DNA from: Octopus sinensis
Lineage: Eukaryota
Reading direction: 5' to 3'
Assembly: GCF_006345805.1 (NCBI RefSeq)
Contig: NC_043008.1
Coordinates: 58,280,001-58,344,000 of the forward strand
Length of the DNA stretch: 64,000 bases
Program-made: the position numbers and the translations under genes
In this document: positions 63,340 to 64,000 of the stretch, one piece after another
Position numbering within the stretch: position 1 is the first letter of the stretch
Layout: every line of letters starts with the position of its first letter
Notes under the pieces: model-generated
Databases searched by the model: none
The model's input: only the letters and a program-made list of their open reading frames with translations
Told to the model about the DNA's origin: nothing

Positions 63340-63545
63340 GTGTATGCCTGTGCGCGTGTGTACATGTGTTTATGTTTATTTGTTCCCACCGCCGCAGTTA
63401 GGCAAAAGTCAAAAACAAACCGTCGTTCGATGTTATAAGTATTAAATTTAAAATAAGTTTTATGTCGCTTTCTTCGATGAAAATCTCTAAGGCGGTGCCC
63501 CAGCATGGCTGCAACCCAAAGACTGAAGCAAGTAAGAGATAAAGG
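63340..63545 (+). mobile_element. Diverged SINE-B tail
   Basis: taaggcggtgccccagcatggctgca...gactgaagcaag. Confidence 0.65.
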
Positions 63546-63676
63546 ACTAATATGAAATAAAAATATAACAGAAACAGACTTTCTTGAAACATTTTTTTCT
63601 TCCTCACAGTGTCTGTAATTTTGAAAGAATTGGTTTGCTGGAATCAATAAACACACCTACACACACACAACACACA

Positions 63677-63707
<31 letters not shown>

Positions 63708-64000
63708 CACACCACACACACACAGACACACACACACATACACACACACACATTGTATATATAGTTTTGATAATATATTTACAGGAAAATATAATTTCTT
63801 AAACATTTCATAATTTTTTCCGTACTTCTTTAAATCTATTTCTTGAATCCGATTTCAATCACAAGATTCGAGATTCGAAAAGCATTAAAGTTTTCACATG
63901 CGAACTGTGTTGGCACAACATTGTATATTTTCAACAAGCGCTTTTCAAAGTTTTATCGGAAAGCATTATAACGGATCATGTAAAATTTAATTTATAAGTA

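Overview
AT-rich, microsatellite-saturated animal DNA, about 64 kb and almost entirely non-coding. The SINE families and the (TA)n/(CA)n/(TATG)n load look like an octopus genome; that is recognition, not a database result. Nearly all supplied ORFs are microsatellite or repeat artefacts. The only credible host coding signal is a 107-nt first exon on the minus strand (60769-60663, caacATGGCG...AA|GTAAGT, MADCEEAAEELKEANGASYTNAERRNPRSGLPSCI), so most of the window may be one very long first intron. The rest is layered mobile DNA: three or four tRNA-headed SINE families with swapped heads and tails, relics of CR1/L2-, RTE- and R4/Dong-like LINEs, Tc1/mariner relics, a Helitron helicase relic and non-autonomous Helitrons, several MITE/foldback elements, and Penelope-like element (PLE) ends. 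The most striking unlabelled signal is about 13 minimal type-I hammerhead-ribozyme folds, found by hand. Some have a canonical core (3399, 45035, a 542-bp-spaced tandem pair at 7.6/8.2 kb, an inverted pair at 39.0-39.4 kb). Others carry recurrent non-canonical cores, notably a two-copy family with the C3-G8 core pair swapped to A3-U8 plus stem-I covariation. Family labels SINE-A/B/C/D are my own. Repeat boundaries are approximate unless a target-site duplication (TSD) is quoted.
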